Below are positions 57,901 through 64,000 of a stretch of DNA of 64,000 nt, piece after piece. The stretch comes from Eledone cirrhosa. Taxonomy: Eukaryota. A program made the position numbers and the translations under genes. Under the pieces are notes generated by a model. It did no database searches, was not told the DNA's origin, and saw only the letters and a program-made list of their open reading frames with translations. How positions within the stretch are numbered: the first letter of the stretch is position 1; each line of letters starts with the position of its first letter. The DNA lies in contig OZ024757.1 of assembly GCA_964016885.1 (NCBI GenBank), positions 744,001 to 808,000 on the forward strand, read 5' to 3'.

Positions 57901-60900
57901 GTCACTATCTCACCCTAGTAGCTACTGTCCTCACCCCAATGTCACTATCTCACCCTAGTAGCTATTGTTTGCACCTCAATGTTAATATCTCACCCTAGTA
58001 GCTCTGTCTTCAACGCAATGTCACTATCTCACCCTAGTAGCTACTGACTTCACCCTAATTTCGCTATCTCACCCTAGTATCTACTGTCTTCACCCTAGTA
58101 TCTACTGTCTTTACCCCAATGTCACTATCTCACCCTAGTAGCTACTGTCTTTACCCCAATGTCACTATCTCAACCTGCCAGCTACTGTCTTTACCCCAAT
58201 GTCAGTATCTCACTCTAGTAGCTACTGTCTTCACCCTAGTAGCTATTGTTTCCACCCCAATGTCACTATCTCACCCTAGTAGCTACTGTCTTCACCCTAA
58301 TGTCACTATCTCACCCTATTAGCTACTGTCTTCACCCCAATGTAACTATCTCACCCTAGTAGCTACTGTCTTCACCCTAATGTCACTATCTTACCCTAGT
58401 AGCTACTGTCTTTACCCCAATGTCAATATCTCACCCTGCCAGCAACTGTCTTTACCTCAATATCAGTATCTCACCCTAGTAGCTACTGTCTCCACTCCAA
58501 TGTCACTAGCTGAACCTAGTAGCTACTGTCTCCACTCCAATGTCACTATCTCACCCTAGTAGCTACTGTCTTTAGCCCAATGTCACTATCTCACCCTAGT
58601 AGCTACTGTCTTCACCCTAATGTCACTATCTCACCCTAGTAGCTACTGTCTTCACCCCAATGTCACTATCTCATCCTAGTAGTTACTGTCTCCACTCCAA
58701 TGTCACTATCTGACCCTAGTAGCTACTGTCTCCACCCTAATGTCCCTATCTCACCCTAGTAGCCACTGTCTTCACCCTAATGTCACTATCTCACCCTAGT
58801 ATCTTCTGTCTTCACCACAATGTCACTATGTCACCCTAGTAGCTACTGTCTTCACCCTAATGTCACTATCTCACCCTAGTAGCTACTGTCTTCACCCCAA
58901 TGTCACTATCTCACCCTAGTAGCTACTGTCTCCACTCCAATGTCACTATCTGACCCTAGTAGCTACTGTCTCCACCCTAATGTCACTATCTCACCCTAGT
59001 AGCTACTGTCTTCACCCTAATGTCACTATCTCACCCTAGTATCTACTGTCTTCACCCCAATGTCACTATCTCACCCTAATAGCTATTGTCTTCACCCAAA
59101 TGTCACTATCTCACCCTAGTAGCTACTGTCTTCACCCCAATGTCACTATCTCACCCTAGTAGCTACTGTCTTCACCCTAATTGCACTATCTCACCCTATT
59201 AGCTACTGTCTTCACCCAACGTAACTATCTCACCCTAGTAGCTACTGTCTTCACCCTAATGTCACTATCTTACCCTAGTAGCTTCTGTCTTTACCCCAAT
59301 GTCACTATCTCACCCTGCCAGCTACTGTCTTTACCCCAATATCAGTATATCACTCTAGTAGCTACTGTCTTCACCCCAATGTCACTATCTCACCCTAGTA
59401 GCTACTGTCTTCACCCTAACGTCACTATCTCACCCTAGTAGCTACTGTCTTCACCCCAATGTCACTATCTCACCCTAGTAGCTATTGTTTGCACCTCAAT
59501 GCCAATATCTCACCCTAGTAGCTACTGTCTTCATCCCAATGTCACTATCTCACCCTAGTAGCTCTGTCTTCAACGCAACGTCACTATCTCACCCTAGTAG
59601 CTACTGACCTCACCCTAATTTCGCTATCTCACCCTAGTATCTACTGTCTTCACCCTAGTATCTACTGTCTTTACCCCAATGTCACTATCTCACCCTAGTA
59701 GCTACTGTCTTTACCCCAATGTCACTATCTCACCCTGCCAGCTACTGTCTTTACCCCAATGTCAGTATCTCACTCTAGTAGCTACTGTCTTCACCCTAGT
59801 AGCTATTGTTTCCACCCCAATGTCACTATCTCACCCTAGTAGCTACTGTCTTCACCCTAATGTCACTATCTCACCCTATTAGCTACTGTCTTCAACCCAA
59901 TGTAACTATCTCACCCTAGTAGCTACTGTCTTCACCCTAATGTCACTATCTTACCCTAGTAGCTACTGTCTTTACCCCAATGTCAATATCTCACCCTGCC
60001 AGCAACTGTCTTTACCTCAATATCAGTATCTCACTCTAGTAGCTACTGTTTTCACCCCAATGTCACTATCTCACCCTAGTAGCTACTGTCTTCACCCTAA
60101 TGTCACTATCTCACCCTAGTAGCTACTGTCTTCACCCCAATGTCACTATCTCACCCTAGTAGTTACTGTCTCCACTCCAATGTCACTATCTGACCCTAGT
60201 AGCTACTGTCTCCACCCTAAAGTCCCTATCTCACGCTAGTAGCCACTGTCTTCACCCTAATGTCACTATCTCACCCTAGTATCTACTGTCTTCACCACAA
60301 TGTCACTATCTCACCCTAATAGCTATTGTCTCCACCCAAATGTCACTAGCTGACCCTAGTAGCTACTGTCTCCACTCCAATGTCACTATCTCACCCTAGT
60401 AGCTACTGTCTTTACCCCAATATCAGTATCTCACTCTAGTAACTACTGTCTTCACCCCAATGTCACTATCTCACCCTAGTAGCTACTGTCTCCACTCCAA
60501 TGTCACTAGCTGACCCTAGTAGCTACTGTCTCCACTCCAATGTCACTATCTCACCCTAGTAGCTACTGTCTTCACCCTAATGTCACTATCTCACCCTAGT
60601 AGCTACTGTTTCCACCCTAATATCACTATCACACCCCAGTAGCTATTGTCTCCACCCCAATGTCACTATCTCACCCTACTAGCTACTGTCTTCACCCTAA
60701 CAGCTACTGTCTCCACCCCAATGTCACTATCTCACCCTAATAGCTATTGTCTCCACCCAAATGTCACTATCTCACCCTAGTATCTACTGTCTTCACACCA
60801 ATGTCACTATCTCACCCCAGTAGCTATTGTCTCCACCCCAATGTCACTATCTCACCCTACTAGCTACTGTCTTCACCCTAACAGCTACTGTCTCCACCCC

Positions 60901-63900
60901 AATGTCATTATCTTACCTTAGTAGCTATTGTCTCCACCTCAATGTCAATATCTCACCCTAGTAGCTCTGTCTTCAACGCAACGTCACTATCTCACCCTAG
61001 TAGCTACTGACTTCACCCTAATTTCGCTATCTCAACCTAGTATCTACTGTCTTCACCCTAGTATCTACTGTCTTTACCCCAATGTCACTATCTCACCCTA
61101 GTAGCTACTGTCTTTACCCCAATGTCACTATCTCATCCTGCCAGCTACTGTCTTTACCCCAATGTAACTATCTCACCCTAGTAGCTACTGTCTTCACCCT
61201 AATGTCACTATCTCACCCTAGTAGCTACTGTCTTCACCCCAATGTCACTATCTCACGCTAGTAGCTACTGTCTCCACTCCAATGTCACTAGCTGACCCTA
61301 GTAGCTACTGTCTCCACTCCAATGTAACTATCTCACCCTAGTAGCTACTGTCTTCACCCCAATGTCACTATCTCACCCTAGTAGCTACTGTCTCCACTCC
61401 AATGTCACTAGCTGACCCTAGCAGCTACTGTCTCCACTCCAATGTCACTATCTCACCCTAGTAGCTACTGTCTTTACCCCAATGTCACTATCTCACCCTA
61501 GTGGCTACTGTCTTCACCCTAATGTCACTATCTCACCCTAGTAGCTACTGTCTTCACCCCAATGTCACTATCTCAGCCTAGTAGCTCTGTCTTCAACGCA
61601 ATGTCACTATCTCACCCTAGTATCTACTGTCTTCACCCTAGTATCTACTGTCTTTACCCCAATGTCACTATCTCACCCTAGTAGCTACTGTCTTCACCAT
61701 AATGTCACTATCTCACCCTAGTAGCTACTGTCGTCACCCCAATGTCACTATCTCACCCTAGTAGCTACTGTCTTTACCCCAATGTCACTATCTAACCCTA
61801 GTAGCTACTGTCTTCACCCTAATGTCACTATCTCACCCTAGTAGCTACTGTCGTCACCCCAATGTCACTATCTCACCCTACTAGTTACTGTCTTCACCCT
61901 AATGTCCATCTCACACTTGTATCTACTGTCTTCACCCCAATGTCACTATCTCACTCTAGTAGCCTCAGTCTTCACCCCAACGTCACTATCTCACCCTACT
62001 AGCTACTGTCTTCACCCTAATAGCTACTGTCTCCACCCCAATGTCATTATCTCACCCTAGTAGCTATTGTCTCCACCTCAATGTCACTATCTCACCCTAG
62101 TAGCTACTGTTTCCACCCTAATGTCACTATCACACCCCAGTAGCTATTGTCTCCACCCCAATGTCACTATCTGACCCTAGTAGCTACTGTATTCACCTTA
62201 ATGTCCGTATCTCACCGTAGTATCTACACTCTTCACCCCAATGTCACTATCTCACCCTAGTAGCTACTGTCTCCACCCTAATGTTACTATCTCACCCTAC
62301 TAGCTACTGTCTTCACCCTAATAGCTACTGTCTCCACCCTAATAGCTACTGTCTCCACCCCAATGTCATTATCTCACCCTAGTAGCTATTGTCTCCACCT
62401 CAATGTCACTATCTCACCCTAGTAGCTACTGTCTTCACCCCAATGTTACTATCTCACCCTAGTAGCTACTGTCTTCACACTAATGTCACTATCTCACCCT
62501 ATTAGCTACTGTCTTCACCCAATGTAACTATCTCACCCTAGTAGCTACTGTCTTCACCCCAATGTCTCTATCTTACCCTAATAGCTACTGTCTCCACCCC
62601 AATGTCATTATCTCACCCTAGTAGCTATTGTCTCCACCTCAATATCAGTATCTCACTCTAGTAGCTACTGTCTTCACCCCAAGTCACTATCTCACCCTAG
62701 TAGCTACTGTCTTCACCCTAATGTCACCATCTCACCCTAGTAGCTACTGTCTTCACCCCAATGTCACTATCTCACCCTAGTAGCTACTGTCTCCACTCCA
62801 ACGTCACTAGCTGACCCTAGTAGCTACTGTCTCCACTCCAATGTCACTATCTGACCCTAGTAGCTACTGTCTCCACCCTAATTTCACTATCTCACCCTAG
62901 TAGCCACTGTCTTCACCCTAATGTCACTATCTCAGCCTATAATCTACTGTCTTCACCCCAATGTCACTATCTCACCCTAATAGCTATTGTCTCCACCCAA
63001 ATGTCACTATCTCACCCTAGTAGCTACTGTCTTCACCCCAATGTCACTATCTCACCCTGCCAGCTACTGTCTTTACCCCAATATCAGTATCTCACTCTAG
63101 TACCTACTGTCTTCACCCCAATGTCACTATCTCACCCTAGTAGCTACTGTCTCCACTCCAATGTCACTAGCTGACACTAGTAGCTACTGTCTCCACTCCA
63201 ATGTCACTATCTCACCCTAGTAGCTACTGTCTTTACCCCAATGTCACTATCTCACCCTAGTAGCTACTGTCTTCACCCTAATGTCACTATCTCACCCTAG
63301 TAGCTACTGTCTTCACCCTAACGTCACTATCTCACCCTAGTAGTTACTCTTTCCACCCTAATGTCACTATCACACCCCAGTAGCTATTGACTCCACCCCA
63401 ATGTCACTATGTCACCCTACAAGCTACTGTCTTCACCCTAACAGCTACTGTCTCCACCCCAATGTCATTATCTTACCCTAGTAGCTATTGTCTCCACCTC
63501 AATGTCAATATCGCACCCTAGTAGCTCTGTCTTCAACGCAATGTCACTATCTCACCCTAGTAGCTCTGTCTTCAACGCAATGTCACTATCTCACCCTAGT
63601 AGCTACTGACTTCACCCTAATTTCGCTATCTCACCCTAGTATCTACTGTCTTCACCCTAGTATCTACTGTCTTTTACCCCAATGTCACTATCTCACCCTA
63701 GTAGCTACTGTCTTTACCTCAATGTCACTATCACACCCTGCCAGCTACTGTCTTTACCCCAATGTCAGTATCTCACTCTAGTAGCTACTGTCTTCACCCT
63801 AGTAGCTATTGTTTCCACCCCAATGTCACTATCTCACCCTAGTAGCTACTGTCTTCACCCTAATGTCACTATCTCACCCTATTAGCTACTGTCTTCACCC

Positions 63901-64000
63901 CAATGTAACTATCTCACCCTAGTAGCTACTGTCTTCACCCTAATGTCACTATCTTACCCTAGTAGCTACTGTCTTTACCCCAATGTCAATATCTCACCCT
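36957..64000. repeat. 40-bp satellite array, >27 kb (about 680 units), running off the right edge
   Basis: Continuous CTATCTCACCCTAGTAGCTACTGTCTTCACCCYAATGTCA variants; no interrupting elements seen. Confidence 0.98.

Noticed and set aside
37109-63885. Many MSLSHPSSYCLHP ORFs; telomeric repeat
   Set aside because: These are translations of the satellite. CCCTAA/CCCTAG occurs only as isolated words, not as a tandem telomeric tract.

Overview
Eukaryotic, AT- and repeat-rich DNA. The [16 protein letters not shown] zinc-finger arrays, RTE LINEs with (GAT)n tails and tRNA-derived SINEs point to a coleoid cephalopod, probably Octopus (inference). The window holds two paralogous copies of one segment (1-~11944 and 27765-~37400). 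Each copy contains a ~57-bp minisatellite, a splice acceptor, a C2H2 zinc-finger array exon, an old RTE fragment and a 40-bp repeat. Copy 1 has an intact 30-finger ORF, two RTE insertions absent from copy 2, and about 10 units of the 40-mer. Copy 2 has 52 in-register fingers interrupted by 10 stop codons, and its 40-mer has expanded into a >27 kb satellite with higher-order repeats. Between the copies are RTE LINEs, SINEs, minisatellites, a possible promoter, and a small palindromic element carrying a minimal type I hammerhead ribozyme motif on the minus strand (18758-18818). All calls come from reading by eye; no searches were run.
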